Translations under genes and position numbers: made by a program | NCBI GenBank assembly: GCA_026706895.1 | Contig: JAPOXW010000015.1 | Coordinates: forward strand, 28,475-92,474 | From: Gammaproteobacteria bacterium | GTDB taxonomy: Bacteria > Pseudomonadota > Gammaproteobacteria > Poriferisulfidales > Poriferisulfidaceae | Reading direction: 5' to 3' | Length of the DNA: 64,000 nucleotides | Notes under the pieces: model-generated | The model's input: only the letters and a program-made list of their open reading frames with translations | Database searches by the model: none | What the model was told of the DNA's origin: nothing | Shown: positions 1-9,799 of the stretch, in pieces | Numbering within the stretch: position 1 is the stretch's first letter | How the letters are laid out: each line of letters opens with the position of its first letter

Positions 1-312
1 CTGCACGTCCGAGATCCGGCCCAGAAGATCCGGCAATTCGGCAATATGCTCAAGTTCTACCGCTAACCCTTCAATCCGCGATTCATTTAGTGCCAGACGG
101 TCGATGAACGCATCGTCCCGATTCGCCCTCGCTGCTTCCACGTCTTCCGTATTGGCTTCGATGATCGCGTCTGCGCGCTCCCGGATCAGGCCGGCCGTGG
201 TTCTCATGACTTGGTTGCGCGCTTCCGTGCTGGAGGCCGCAATGACCCGCCCGGCCGCTCGCGCGGCTTGACCTAGTTCAGCAATCCGGGCATCCAGATT
301 TTCGTCAGGCAT
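1..312 (-). CDS. proA: gamma-glutamyl phosphate reductase, N-terminal 104 codons (gene runs off window start)
   Basis: Not in the ORF track. Reverse translation from ATG 312-310 reads MPDENLDARIAELGQAARAAGRVIAASSTEARNQV...DRLALNESRIEGLAVELEHIAELPDLLGRISDVQ and stays open to nt 1. It resembles the E. coli ProA N-terminus (..[28 protein letters not shown]). The start overlaps the holA stop by 8 nt. Confidence 0.8.
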   Translation of the reverse strand, partial: MPDENLDARIAELGQAARAAGRVIAASSTEARNQVMRTTAGLIRERADAIIEANTEDVEAARANRDDAFIDRLALNESRIEGLAVELEHIAELPDLLGRISDVQ

Positions 313-1321
313 GGTCGGAAATTCCCTGTACCGGTAGCAATCGATCCTTCCCTGAAAAAGCCAGGCAGGCATTTTGGATGGCAGGCCACGGGCTTTCCGG
401 CCCCTGCCCTTTGACCACCCGTTCCAGGTGGATGAAGCGTGCCAGTATAGCGCGAAAATGCTCCTGAGAGTGCTGATTCAAGGCTCTTTTCAGCAGGTCG
501 CGGCGGGTGAACGGAAAAATCGAGTCCAGCCCAGACGGCTGGCGGCTCAAGGCGAGCAATTGGCGGATTTCACGCATCAACATGGCATGCGTCGTGACCG
601 GGTCGTGACCCTCACTCTCCAGGTTCCGTGCCACGCTGATGATGCGACGTCCCCGGCCCTGCAGCATGGCCATGGCCAGATCCATCGCCTCGTAGCGGGC
701 ATCCTGCCCCAGAGACTGCTGCAAGGACTCCATCGAGATTGACCCCGGTCCGTTCAGGATGTGCAACTTGTGCAACTCCTGCTCGGCCGCCAGCAGGTTG
801 CCCTCCACGCAGGACAGGAAATAATCCATCTCGAAACTGCCCATCTCCAGTTCACGCTTCCGAAGCGCCCCCTGCAACCACTGCCGGGTTTCTTTTTCGT
901 CCATCGGCATGATTCTCACGATCAGGCCGATCTTGTCGATGGCGCGCACCCACGCTTCGTTCAGGGCCCGGTTGTCCAACCGTGGCACTTGCAGGGTAAT
1001 CAAACTGCCCTCTGGAGCCTGTTCACACCACTCCTTGAGCCGGGCTTTTGCTGTCGCGTCCGGCTTGCCGCTCAACACCCGCATGTCGAGCATGGCCTGA
1101 TCCCCGAACAGGGACGGGCTACACAGCGTCGGTAATTCCTCCCAAGAAAAGCCCCGCTCAATGATCCGCAATTCGCGACGATCAAAGCCTTCCTGTTTCG
1201 CTCGCTGGCGAATCATCCGCGCCGCATCCCGCATCTGCACCGGCTCATCCCCGGTAATCAGGTACACCGGCAGAAGCGGTCCATCCAGGACCTCGCGGAG
1301 TTTCCGAAAATAGACTTTCAC
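305..1321 (-). CDS. holA: DNA polymerase III delta subunit
   Basis: 338 aa. The N-terminus MKVYFRKLREVLDGPLLPVYLITGDEP aligns by eye with E. coli HolA (MIRLYPEQLRAQLNEGLRAAYLLLGNDP). GTG start. Confidence 0.8.
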   Translation of the reverse strand: MKVYFRKLREVLDGPLLPVYLITGDEPVQMRDAARMIRQRAKQEGFDRRELRIIERGFSWEELPTLCSPSLFGDQAMLDMRVLSGKPDATAKARLKEWCEQAPEGSLITLQVPRLDNRALNEAWVRAIDKIGLIVRIMPMDEKETRQWLQGALRKRELEMGSFEMDYFLSCVEGNLLAAEQELHKLHILNGPGSISMESLQQSLGQDARYEAMDLAMAMLQGRGRRIISVARNLESEGHDPVTTHAMLMREIRQLLALSRQPSGLDSIFPFTRRDLLKRALNQHSQEHFRAILARFIHLERVVKGQGPESPWPAIQNACLAFSGKDRLLPVQGISDHA

Positions 1322-1365
1322 GATGCGGGTATGATGCGTTTCGTATTGTAAAGGGACAGAAGCCC

Positions 1366-2253
1366 ATGAGCGAACTTTCCATCGGTTGGGTCGGCCCCGG
1401 AATCATGGGCCGCCCAATGGCTCTCAACCTGTTGCGCGCTGGCTACCCGGTCAAGGCGTTTGCGCGCCGGTCCGAGCAGTTGGAGCCCCTGGTCGAAGCT
1501 GGGGCAACAACTGGAGACAGCCCGGCTGCAGTCAGTGCGGCAACCGACCTGACCATCGTCATGGTGGCGGACACTCCCGACATGCTGGAAGTCGTGACGG
1601 GAGAGAGCGGAATTGACAAAGGTGCCCAGCCCGGCCACATCGTGGTCGACATGAGCACCGTCTCTCCGACCGAGACGCGAGCCGTGGCCAGGCAACTGGA
1701 GGCGAAAGGCATTGCCATGCTGGACGCCCCGGTGTCTGGAGGCGAGACCGGAGCCATTGATGGCACCCTCTCGATTATGGTCGGCGGCCCGGAAGAAATA
1801 TTCGAACGTGTCCGCCCGGTGCTCGAAGTGCTCGGGAAGCAAGTACGCCGGATCGGCGATGCCGGAGCCGGACAAGTAGCCAAAGCCTGCAATCAATTAC
1901 TTGTAGCACAGACGATGGCGGCGGTGGCGGAGGCATTCCTCCTGGCAGAATCCAGCGGAGTGAGCCGCGAGCAGGTACGCGATGCCCTGCTCGGCGGATT
2001 CGCCTACAGCCGCATCCTGGAAGTTCACGGGCAGCGCATGCTGACCGGCGACTACCGGCCCGGATTCAAGGCCGAATTGCATCTCAAGGATCTTCGCATC
2101 GTGGATCGGGAAGCCCGGGAAACCGGCCTGACCCTGTCCGGGGCGAAAGACGCGCTGAACCTGATGGAGCGGCTGGTCGCGCAGGGCGACGGGGAGTTGG
2201 ATTCCGCGGCGTTGGCGAAGGTGGTACGCCGGCGCTCTCTGAGGAAAGGCTGA
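1366..2253 (+). CDS. NAD(P)-dependent 3-hydroxyisobutyrate / 2-hydroxy-3-oxopropionate reductase family oxidoreductase
   Basis: 295 aa. N-terminal Rossmann motif IGWVGPGIMGRPMALNLL, plus DAPVSGG and a 6-phosphogluconate-dehydrogenase-like C-terminal helical part. Substrate cannot be assigned. Confidence 0.75.
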   Translation: MSELSIGWVGPGIMGRPMALNLLRAGYPVKAFARRSEQLEPLVEAGATTGDSPAAVSAATDLTIVMVADTPDMLEVVTGESGIDKGAQPGHIVVDMSTVSPTETRAVARQLEAKGIAMLDAPVSGGETGAIDGTLSIMVGGPEEIFERVRPVLEVLGKQVRRIGDAGAGQVAKACNQLLVAQTMAAVAEAFLLAESSGVSREQVRDALLGGFAYSRILEVHGQRMLTGDYRPGFKAELHLKDLRIVDREARETGLTLSGAKDALNLMERLVAQGDGELDSAALAKVVRRRSLRKG

Positions 2254-2305
2254 GCCAGAACTATTTGGTGGATTTTTAGGACAGAATCAATAGGGGTTCT
2301 GAACA

Positions 2306-2572
2306 ATGCCTTGCTCATTGACATGGAACCCAAAACGAAAGGGAATTATATCCATTAGTCACAATTTGCCTCCATCATCCGAGGTCGTGATTGAACCGGA
2401 ATGGGCGCATGAACACCGCCCGCGCCCGCTTCATCGGACCGCGCTTGCCGACTCGCCCGCCGTTCTCATTCATGGCCCCCGGCAATGTGGCAAAACGACC
2501 TTGACTCAAACCCTGCTTTCGCCACAGCCCCCGGCTCAACTCTCATTTGCCTTTGGTTTGGCAAGTATATAA
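2306..2572 (+). pseudogene. N-terminal fragment of an AAA ATPase (DUF4143-type ATP-binding protein), truncated
   Basis: Only about 35 residues (RPLHRTALADSPAVLIHGPRQCGKTTL) resemble the Walker-A N-terminus of the ~400-aa family. The ORF stops after 88 codons. It lies at the edge of an AT-richer segment. Confidence 0.4.
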
Positions 2573-2603
2573 TCGGTCCGAATGAGCTGCTGCGATTTAT
2601 GTC

Positions 2604-3506
2604 ATGCCTAAAGCGGATTTAGCCAAACTCTCGGTCGCTCATCCCCGCGATGCATGGCCAGACGAAGCACGCGATTTCACCCCGTGGCTGTTCGAGAATA
2701 TCAATCATCTTTCAGAAGTTCTGGGTATTGACCTTGAGGCAGTAGAAACCGAAGTCTCTATCGAGAACTTTTCAGCCGACATCGTCGCAACGGACGTTAG
2801 AACTGGCTATCACGTCTTAATCGAAAATCAACTTGAAAAATCTGACCACAAGCACTTAGGTCAAATTATGACCTACCTTGCAGGCACAGAAGCAAGATCA
2901 ATAGTTTGGATTTCTCCTGAATTCCAGGAAGCACATCTCTCTGCCATTGGCTGGCTAAACGAGCACACCGCCTCTGGTTTTGCGTTTTTTGCCGTGCGTC
3001 TGCGAGTTGTACAGATCGAAAATAGTCCGTTTGCCCCGATGTTCGAGGTCATTGAGCAACCCAACAACTGGGAACGAAATTTAAGAACATATGTTGCTGA
3101 AGCTGAATCCGAACTAACTTCCTCGAGGCGCCAATTCTGGGATCGCTATATACAACTACACGGGGGGGATAGATTAGGATGTTCTGGTTGTGCCGACTCC
3201 AATGTCTGGATCGACTTCCCGGACCAGCCGCTTGTTTTGTCCATGTTTGTAGGCAAAAAATCTGGAATGTTCCTTCGCGGGAAGCGCGGTGACAAACATG
3301 AAGATGTGAAAAAAACCATAGATGATGAGTATGGGAAAAAGTTGACAGATGCCTTGAGCGCGCTCAAAGTCTCCCAATCGCCAGAAAAAGGTCACTATTA
3401 CTGCATCGAGAGCGAGATTGCTCTTAAGGAAAAAGATCGTTGGGATGAACTAATCGGCTGGATGGAGGAGCAGCGGAAACTCTATGAGGAAGCTATACAG
3501 GACTAG
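2604..3506 (+). CDS. PD-(D/E)XK nuclease-like protein with DUF4268-type C-terminal region
   Basis: 300 aa. The stretch SADIVATDVRTGYHVLIENQLEKSDHKHLGQIMTYLAG fits a D...(E/Q)xK restriction-endonuclease-fold core. Visibly AT-richer codon usage than neighbours. Confidence 0.55.
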   Translation: MPKADLAKLSVAHPRDAWPDEARDFTPWLFENINHLSEVLGIDLEAVETEVSIENFSADIVATDVRTGYHVLIENQLEKSDHKHLGQIMTYLAGTEARSIVWISPEFQEAHLSAIGWLNEHTASGFAFFAVRLRVVQIENSPFAPMFEVIEQPNNWERNLRTYVAEAESELTSSRRQFWDRYIQLHGGDRLGCSGCADSNVWIDFPDQPLVLSMFVGKKSGMFLRGKRGDKHEDVKKTIDDEYGKKLTDALSALKVSQSPEKGHYYCIESEIALKEKDRWDELIGWMEEQRKLYEEAIQD

Positions 3507-3659
3507 CACCTATCGATTCTGGTCGACTCGGGCAGTCACGAAAACCGATCACCAGCCAGGGGCTTTCGACTCTGCTCGGATATCGGGCGTACCTTTCGTG
3601 TACTTCAGCCTCCTCTCTGTACACTGCCCGATAGGCTGTGAATCACTACAGGAGATTTC

Positions 3660-4055
3660 ATGGTGCCTGCAACCAACATGACGACCACCAAAATCGACCG
3701 CGATTCTCTCGCCAAGCTTCGTATGCTTGCGGACCGCGAGAAACGCAGCCTGCATGCCCAACTGACCGTTTTGATCGACGTCGCATTCCGGACAAACCCG
3801 GCTGATCTGACCGACCAGGAATTTTTCGGTGCCGTAATGGATACCATCGTCGAGAATTCCGAGGCTGGAATTTCCACCAAGACCGCAATTCAATGTGCCA
3901 AAGAATTCTCCACCGCTGGCCGCATCAGCTGGGGTGCGGAAGACGGCAAGGTTATCGGCGTATTGGCCGATGGCTCACGCTGCGATGTTGATGGCAACAT
4001 CTTGAGCAGGCGACCGCGGAAAGGATCCGCCGTCAAGCGGCGAGGCACACGATAA
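3660..4055 (+). CDS. hypothetical protein, possible ribbon-helix-helix N-terminus
   Basis: 131 aa. GGAG lies 5 nt upstream of the ATG. KIDRDSLAKLRMLADREKRSLHAQLTVLIDVAF resembles a CopG/Arc-type strand-helix-helix. No other recognisable domain. Confidence 0.4.
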   Translation: MVPATNMTTTKIDRDSLAKLRMLADREKRSLHAQLTVLIDVAFRTNPADLTDQEFFGAVMDTIVENSEAGISTKTAIQCAKEFSTAGRISWGAEDGKVIGVLADGSRCDVDGNILSRRPRKGSAVKRRGTR

Positions 4056-4063
4056 TCTGGAAC

Positions 4064-4154
4064 TGGCGGAGAGGGAGGGATTCGAACCCTCGATGGGGTA
4101 TCAGCCCATACTCCCTTAGCAGGGGAGCGCTTTCAGCCACTCAGCCACCTCTCC
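4064..4154 (-). tRNA. tRNA-Ser (anticodon GCU), CCA encoded
   Basis: The reverse complement reads GGAGAGG-TG-GCTGAGTGGCTGAAAGC..CTCCC-CTGCTAA-GGGAG-(long variable arm TATGGGCTGATACCCCATC)-GAGGG-TTCGAAT-CCCTC-CCTCTCC-G-CCA. This is a class II cloverleaf with a 7-nt anticodon loop carrying GCT. Confidence 0.9.
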
Positions 4155-4163
4155 GGTCAATGA

Positions 4164-4352
4164 CTACTCTTTCTCGGATTCTCGCGCCTTGCTACTTGCA
4201 TCACGTGGAAAAATCTCTTCGCGATATATACGAACATTCCTTGGCGCATCAATGCCAAGCCGCACTTGGTTTCCCTTCATCCCCATGACCGTCACCGTGA
4301 CTTCGTCATCGATAATCAGGGATTCCCCGATTTTCCGCGTCAGTATTAGCAT
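4164..4352 (-). CDS. csrA: carbon storage regulator (RNA-binding global regulator)
   Basis: 62 aa. [47 protein letters not shown] is near-canonical CsrA/RsmA. Confidence 0.95.
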   Translation of the reverse strand: MLILTRKIGESLIIDDEVTVTVMGMKGNQVRLGIDAPRNVRIYREEIFPRDASSKARESEKE

Positions 4353-4405
4353 TCCCTCGCATCCCGGGCTTCCGGCCCAGGCGAAAACGCGGAATCAGTG
4401 TACCA

Positions 4406-5626
4406 CTAATCTTTTTCCGCCAAATCAAATTCCTTGTGCAACACCTGAACGCAGGTTTCAAGCAGCGGCTCGTCGATTACCACCGATATCTTGATCTCCG
4501 AAGTGGAGATCATGGAGATGTTCACGCCCGCATCAGCCAGGGCCTGGAACATGCGGCTCGCAATCCCCGCGTGCGAGCGCATCCCGACCCCGACCAGCGA
4601 AACCTTGACGATGTCCCGGTTGCCGCAGGTCTCGCGCGCACCAAGTTCGCCACCGACTTTCTCCAAAATCTCCAGAGCCTTGGCGTAGTCGTTGCGGTGC
4701 ACCGTGAAGGTGAAGTCCGCCGTGCCGTCCTGTCCGACGTTCTGCACGATCATATCTACCTCGATTTGTGCTTCGGCAATCGGCCCCAGGATACGCGCCG
4801 CAACACCCGGCATGTCCTTCACGCCGGAGATAGTCAACTGCGCCTCGTCGCGGTTGTGCGCAATGCCCGCGATAGTGGCCTGTTCCATGTTTTCAGCCTC
4901 CTCTGAGATCAACGTTCCGGGGCCGGACCCGAACGCGGAAAGAACCCGTAACGGAACATTGTACTTTTCCGCAAACAGCACCGAGCGCAGCTGCAGCACC
5001 CTGGAGCCCAGCCCGGACATCTCCAGCATTTCCTCGTAGGTGAGATGCTCCAGCCTGCGTGCCTCCGACACAAGCCGGGGATCTGCCGTATACACCCCCT
5101 CAACATCGGTGTAGACATGGCATTCGTCCGCGTCCAGCGAGGCTGCCAACGCAACCGCGGTCGTGTCCGACCCGCCCCGGCCCAGGGTCGTGACTCGCCC
5201 GGACTCATCCATGCCTTGAAACCCAGCCACCACGACCACCTGCCCTTCGTCGAGAAGGCCATTCAAGCGGTCGCTGTCGATGTTCTTAATCCGGGCCTTG
5301 TTGGCTTGCCCTTCCGTCAGGATTCCCGCCTGCCGTCCGGTTAGTGCGACGGCCGGGCACCCGAGCGCCTGCAACGCCAGTGCCAGCAACGCAATGCTGA
5401 CCCGTTCACCGGAAGACAGCAACAAGTCCAGCGCGGGACCTCCCGGCTGCGAACTCACCTGGCGTGCCAGCGACAGCAGATGGTCGGTTTCCCCGCCCAT
5501 CGCGGACAGCACCACCACCAAGCGATGCCCTTGGCTGTGCTGCTCGTGAAGCCGCTCGGCAATAGTCAAGAGCTTCTCGGTGCTGGCCACCGAGGTCCCG
5601 CCGTATTTCTGTACCCACAGGCTCAT
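4406..5626 (-). CDS. lysC: aspartate kinase
   Basis: 406 aa. N-terminal VQKYGGTSV kinase motif and C-terminal ACT-type regulatory repeats. The start lies 1 nt from the alaS stop. Confidence 0.9.
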   Translation of the reverse strand: MSLWVQKYGGTSVASTEKLLTIAERLHEQHSQGHRLVVVLSAMGGETDHLLSLARQVSSQPGGPALDLLLSSGERVSIALLALALQALGCPAVALTGRQAGILTEGQANKARIKNIDSDRLNGLLDEGQVVVVAGFQGMDESGRVTTLGRGGSDTTAVALAASLDADECHVYTDVEGVYTADPRLVSEARRLEHLTYEEMLEMSGLGSRVLQLRSVLFAEKYNVPLRVLSAFGSGPGTLISEEAENMEQATIAGIAHNRDEAQLTISGVKDMPGVAARILGPIAEAQIEVDMIVQNVGQDGTADFTFTVHRNDYAKALEILEKVGGELGARETCGNRDIVKVSLVGVGMRSHAGIASRMFQALADAGVNISMISTSEIKISVVIDEPLLETCVQVLHKEFDLAEKD

Positions 5627-5627
5627 G

Positions 5628-8228
5628 TCAGTGCAGCCGCTCGCGAACCCATTCCGGGATCGATTCCAGTGCCTCCTTCAACGCCTCCGGGTGGTCCCCC
5701 CCAGCCTGCGCCATATCCGGGCGTCCTCCGCCCTTCCCTCCAACCTGGCTGGCCACGGAATTGACCAGATCCCCGGCCTTGATTCTCTCGGTCTGATCCG
5801 GGGTCACCCCAGCCACCAGTGTCACTTTTTTGTTCTTGACCGAGGCCAGCACGATCACTGCACTGCCAAGCTTGTCCTTGAGTTGATCCAGCATGCTGCG
5901 CATGGATTTGGCGTCAGCGTCCACCTGAGCGCTCAACACCTTGATGCCTTCGACCTCCACCGCTTGCTGCGCCAGGTCCCCGCCCGCCTGGTGCGCCTGC
6001 CGGCTCTTGAGCCGCTCCAGTTCTTTCTCAAGGCTTTGGTTCTGTTCGACCAGACGTTCAAGCTTCTCGCGGAAGTTGTCCGGCACCGCTCGAATCATCT
6101 CGGCCGTATCACGCAATAGCTCTTTCTGCTCCCAAGCCCAACGATTCGCCACTGCCCCGGTGAGAGCCTCGATCCGTCGCACGCCGGATGCGATGCCCGT
6201 CTCGCTGACAATGCAGAAGAATCCGACATCCCCGGTCCGCGAAACATGCGTGCCACCGCACAGTTCCATCGAGAAGTCGCCCATTCGCAGCACCCGGACT
6301 TCATCTCCGTACTTGTCGCCGAAGAACGCAAGCGCGCCCGCATCCATCGCTTCCCGGAACGGCATGACCGTCGATTCCGTTTCGTAGTTCCGGCGAACAG
6401 CCGCATTGACCATTTCTTCGATCTGGTGCAACTCTTCCGCCGTGACCGGCTGAGGATGCGAGAAATCAAAGCGCAGCCGGTCCGGTGCAACCAGCGAACC
6501 TTTCTGCATCACGTGAGAACCGAGAACCTCGCGCAGGGCCGCGTGCATCAGGTGCGTGGCGGAATGATTGAGCACAATCGACTGGCGGCGCTCCGCATCG
6601 ATCTCCGCAGCCACCGAATCGCCGACGTTCAGGCTTCCTTCCCGCAGCCGGCCCAGATGCAGATGGGCCTGCCCATGTTTTTGCGTGTCGCGGACTTCGA
6701 ACCGGGTGTTCTCGACGCGCAGCCAGCCGGTGTCGCCGACCTGCCCGCCTGATTCGGCATAAAACGGGGTCTCTTCCAGTACCACGACCGCATCGTCGCC
6801 TGCCTCTATCGCCTGCACGCTTCGCCCATCGGCGTAGAGCGCGACCACTGAACTGTCCTGGCTGACCCGCTCGTAACCGCTGAAGCGGCCGTCCTGCGCC
6901 ACATCCTTGAGTTGGGAGTAATCCACCGAAAACTGCGCGGTATCCCGGGCACGATCGCGCTGTTCGTCCATTCGGCGTTCGTAGTCTTCCACATCGACCG
7001 TCAGGTCGCGTTCCCGGGCGATGTCCTGCGTCAAGTCGATCGGGAAGCCGTACGTGTCGTAAAGCAGGAATGCAAGTTCTCCAGGAATGGTCTTATCCTG
7101 AAGCTGAGCCAATCCGTCGTCCAGAACCTTCAAGCCTGTCTGGAGAGTCAGCGCGAAGCGCTCCTCCTCCTGCAGCAAGGCCTCCTCGATCCGGTCGCGA
7201 GCCTCCGCCAGATCCGGGTGGGCCTTCCCCATCACGTCAACCAACGGTCCCACCAGATGATGGAAGAAAGGCTCGGTCAGGCCGATCTTGTTGCCATGGC
7301 GCAAGGCACGGCGGATGATCCGGCGCAGCACGTAGCCCCGCCCCTCGTTGGACGGCAACATGCCATCCGTGATCAGAAATCCGCTGGTCCGGATATGGTC
7401 CGCGATCACGTTGAGCGATGCCGAATGCGGCGTATCCGAATCCACCATCTCGGACACGGCCTGCCGCAGCGGGATGAACAGATCCGTCTGGTAATTGTCG
7501 TGCACGCCCTGCATGACAGCCGCGATGCGCTCAAGTCCCATGCCAGTATCCACCGACGGGCTCGGCAACGGCTCCATGCTTCCGTCCGCTTCACGCCGGT
7601 ACTGCATGAAGACCAAATTCCAGATCTCCACGAAACGGTCGCTGTCGTCGCCCTGCCCCGGCGGCTTTCCGGGAATCCCCTCTCCGTGATCGTAGTAGAC
7701 CTCGGTGCAAGGCCCGCAAGGCCCGGTGTCACCCATCGACCAAAAATTCTCTTCTTCACCGAGCCGGGCCAGCCGATCTGGACTCACCCCGATCTCTTCA
7801 AGCCAGATCCGCTCCGCATCGGCGTCATCCTGGTAGACCGAAACCCACAGGCGGTCCGGCGGCAACGCAAGCGTGTCCGTCAGGAACTCCCAGCAATACT
7901 GGATCGCCTCTTCCTTGAAATAGTCGCCGAAACTGAAATTCCCCAGCATCTCGAAGAACGTGTGATGCCGGGCGGTATAGCCGACGTTCTCCAGGTCATT
8001 GTGCTTGCCGCCGGCACGGACGCAGCGCTGCGCGCTGACCGCCCGGGGCGGCGTGCGGGTTTCGTGCCCGAGGAACACGTCCTTGAACTGCACCATGCCG
8101 GCATTGGCGAACAGCAGGCTCGGGTCATTCGCCGGAACCAGCGAACTGGAAGACACGACCTGATGGTCATGATCCGCGAAATAATCCAAGAAAGCTTGGC
8201 GGATTTCGTCGCTTTGCCTGCTAGTCAT
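5628..8228 (-). CDS. alaS: alanine--tRNA ligase
   Basis: 866 aa. [15 protein letters not shown], the [14 protein letters not shown] class II core, the editing-domain [12 protein letters not shown] motif, and a C-terminal DHHA1-like [12 protein letters not shown]. Confidence 0.97.
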   Translation of the reverse strand: MTSRQSDEIRQAFLDYFADHDHQVVSSSSLVPANDPSLLFANAGMVQFKDVFLGHETRTPPRAVSAQRCVRAGGKHNDLENVGYTARHHTFFEMLGNFSFGDYFKEEAIQYCWEFLTDTLALPPDRLWVSVYQDDADAERIWLEEIGVSPDRLARLGEEENFWSMGDTGPCGPCTEVYYDHGEGIPGKPPGQGDDSDRFVEIWNLVFMQYRREADGSMEPLPSPSVDTGMGLERIAAVMQGVHDNYQTDLFIPLRQAVSEMVDSDTPHSASLNVIADHIRTSGFLITDGMLPSNEGRGYVLRRIIRRALRHGNKIGLTEPFFHHLVGPLVDVMGKAHPDLAEARDRIEEALLQEEERFALTLQTGLKVLDDGLAQLQDKTIPGELAFLLYDTYGFPIDLTQDIARERDLTVDVEDYERRMDEQRDRARDTAQFSVDYSQLKDVAQDGRFSGYERVSQDSSVVALYADGRSVQAIEAGDDAVVVLEETPFYAESGGQVGDTGWLRVENTRFEVRDTQKHGQAHLHLGRLREGSLNVGDSVAAEIDAERRQSIVLNHSATHLMHAALREVLGSHVMQKGSLVAPDRLRFDFSHPQPVTAEELHQIEEMVNAAVRRNYETESTVMPFREAMDAGALAFFGDKYGDEVRVLRMGDFSMELCGGTHVSRTGDVGFFCIVSETGIASGVRRIEALTGAVANRWAWEQKELLRDTAEMIRAVPDNFREKLERLVEQNQSLEKELERLKSRQAHQAGGDLAQQAVEVEGIKVLSAQVDADAKSMRSMLDQLKDKLGSAVIVLASVKNKKVTLVAGVTPDQTERIKAGDLVNSVASQVGGKGGGRPDMAQAGGDHPEALKEALESIPEWVRERLH

Positions 8229-8664
8229 CTCGACTCTCCCGAAGCGCCGTATCGACCGCCCGTCTCGCGATCTCGCCCGGGTATCCGCGCTGGTTCAGGA
8301 AGCGCAACTGCTGCTGCCGCGTCCCCGTTTTTCGATGCAAGGCTTCACAGGCGCGCTCGAACTCCCCTTCCCTGGCCAAAGACTCGAACTCCTGCGCAAT
8401 GTCTCCCGATACGCCGCGCTCGCGCAACTCACCTGCCACGCGAAGGCTGCCGTAACCGCGATCCATCAGGGAACGGGCACAGGCTTCCGCAAAACGCTGG
8501 TCGCTCTGCAGGTCCTTCTGGCGTAAGGTTGCCAGCGCGGCCTCGACCGCCTCGGCGGAAAAACTTCTCGCCCGCAGCTTGTCCCGTAACTCCCGGCTCG
8601 AATGTTCGCGTCGCGCCAGAAGACTGACCGCCTGCTGCACGGCGTCACGCCTCGGTTGCGGCAT
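8221..8664 (-). CDS. recX: recombination regulator RecX
   Basis: 147 aa helical repeat protein ([16 protein letters not shown]..) between recA and alaS. Overlaps both neighbours. Confidence 0.85.
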   Translation of the reverse strand: MPQPRRDAVQQAVSLLARREHSSRELRDKLRARSFSAEAVEAALATLRQKDLQSDQRFAEACARSLMDRGYGSLRVAGELRERGVSGDIAQEFESLAREGEFERACEALHRKTGTRQQQLRFLNQRGYPGEIARRAVDTALRESRDD

Positions 8665-9694
8665 GCTCCGGTTCGGCGGCTTCCGGTTCCGGTGGCGCCT
8701 TGCGATCCGGCAGTAGTGCTTCGCGCAGGTTCTTCTCCAGCGCGTCGGCGAGCTCCGGGTGTTCGCTCAGGTAGAGCCGCGCATTGTCCTTGCCTTGGCC
8801 GATGCGGTCACCCTCGTAGCTATACCAGGCGCCGGACTTCTGGATCAGTCCATTGTCGGCCCCCAGCGTGAGCAACTCGGATAGGCGGCTGATGCCTTCG
8901 CCATAGCGGATTTCGAATTCCGCCTTCTTGAACGGTGGCGCCATCTTGTTCTTCACCACCTTGACGCGGGTTTCGTGCCCCATCACCTCTTCGCCTTTCT
9001 TGGTCGCTCCGATGCGACGGATGTCCAGCCGCACCGACGAGTAGAACTTCAGGGCGTTGCCGCCGGTGGTGGTCTCCGGGTTGCCGAACATGACCCCGAT
9101 CTTCATGCGCAACTGGTTGATGAACACCACCAGTGCGTTGGATCGCTTGATGTTGCCGGCAAGCTTGCGCAACGCCTGCGACATGAGCCGCGCGTGCAGG
9201 CCCATGTGGCTGTCGCCCATGCCGCCTTCCAGTTCGGCCCTCGGAGTCAACGCCGCGACCGAATCCACCACGATCAGGTCGACCGCGCCGGACGTGACCA
9301 GCGTGTCGGCGATTTCCATCGCCTGCTCGCCGTGATCCGGCTGTGAAAGCAACAGGTCGTCAACCTGCACCCCCAAGTTGGTGGCGTAGGCCGGGTCCAG
9401 TGCATGTTCGGCGTCGATGAAGGCAGCCACGCCGCCCTGCTTCTGGCAATTGGCCACGACATGCAATGCCAGCGTGGTCTTGCCGGACGCCTCCGATCCA
9501 TAGATCTCGACGACCCGACCGCGCGGCAGGCCGCCGATGCCGAGCGCCGCGTCCAGTGCCAGCGAGCCGGTTGGAATGATTTCGACTTCGGGCACCGCCA
9601 CGCCTTCGCCAAAGCGCATGACCGCGCCTTTGCCGTACTGACGTTCAATCTGCCCGAGCGCTGCCTCCAGAGCCTTTTTCCGTTCTTTGTCCAT
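8645..9694 (-). CDS. recA: recombinase A
   Basis: 349 aa. Walker [24 protein letters not shown], and [13 protein letters not shown]. Confidence 0.98.
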   Translation of the reverse strand: MDKERKKALEAALGQIERQYGKGAVMRFGEGVAVPEVEIIPTGSLALDAALGIGGLPRGRVVEIYGSEASGKTTLALHVVANCQKQGGVAAFIDAEHALDPAYATNLGVQVDDLLLSQPDHGEQAMEIADTLVTSGAVDLIVVDSVAALTPRAELEGGMGDSHMGLHARLMSQALRKLAGNIKRSNALVVFINQLRMKIGVMFGNPETTTGGNALKFYSSVRLDIRRIGATKKGEEVMGHETRVKVVKNKMAPPFKKAEFEIRYGEGISRLSELLTLGADNGLIQKSGAWYSYEGDRIGQGKDNARLYLSEHPELADALEKNLREALLPDRKAPPEPEAAEPEHAATEA

Positions 9695-9761
9695 GGGTAT
9701 CTCAACCTCCCTGTGTCAAGGGCGGTCCGGTTCGCAGCAAGCGTATTATTCCACAGGGGGC

Positions 9762-9781
9762 ACCTCGGATTAATCCGAGGT
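9762..9781. repeat. perfect 20-bp palindrome ACCTCGGATTAATCCGAGGT between pncC stop and recA start
   Basis: Every position pairs with its mirror position. It can fold as an 8-bp stem with a TTAA loop. No U-tract follows on either strand. Confidence 0.6.
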
Positions 9782-9799
9782 CGATTCGCCCTGAAAGTA

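Noticed and set aside
2254-2330. Possible direct repeat of the tRNA-Ser 3' end marking the far island boundary (att site)
   Set aside because: Only a weak resemblance (ggggttctgaac versus gggattcgaaccc) was seen. No convincing match of 15 bp or more could be found by inspection.
6912-8627. 571-aa plus-strand ORF
   Set aside because: It is entirely antisense to alaS and recX, which have unmistakable motifs. Its Arg/Pro/Gly/His-rich low-complexity translation is typical of shadow frames in high-GC DNA.
9741-9756. Candidate LexA/SOS box upstream of recA (minus strand CTGTGGAATAATACGC)
   Set aside because: One half-site is ACGC instead of ACAG (two mismatches in the most conserved positions). 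That is not enough to call a LexA site by eye. It is reported only as context in a finding.
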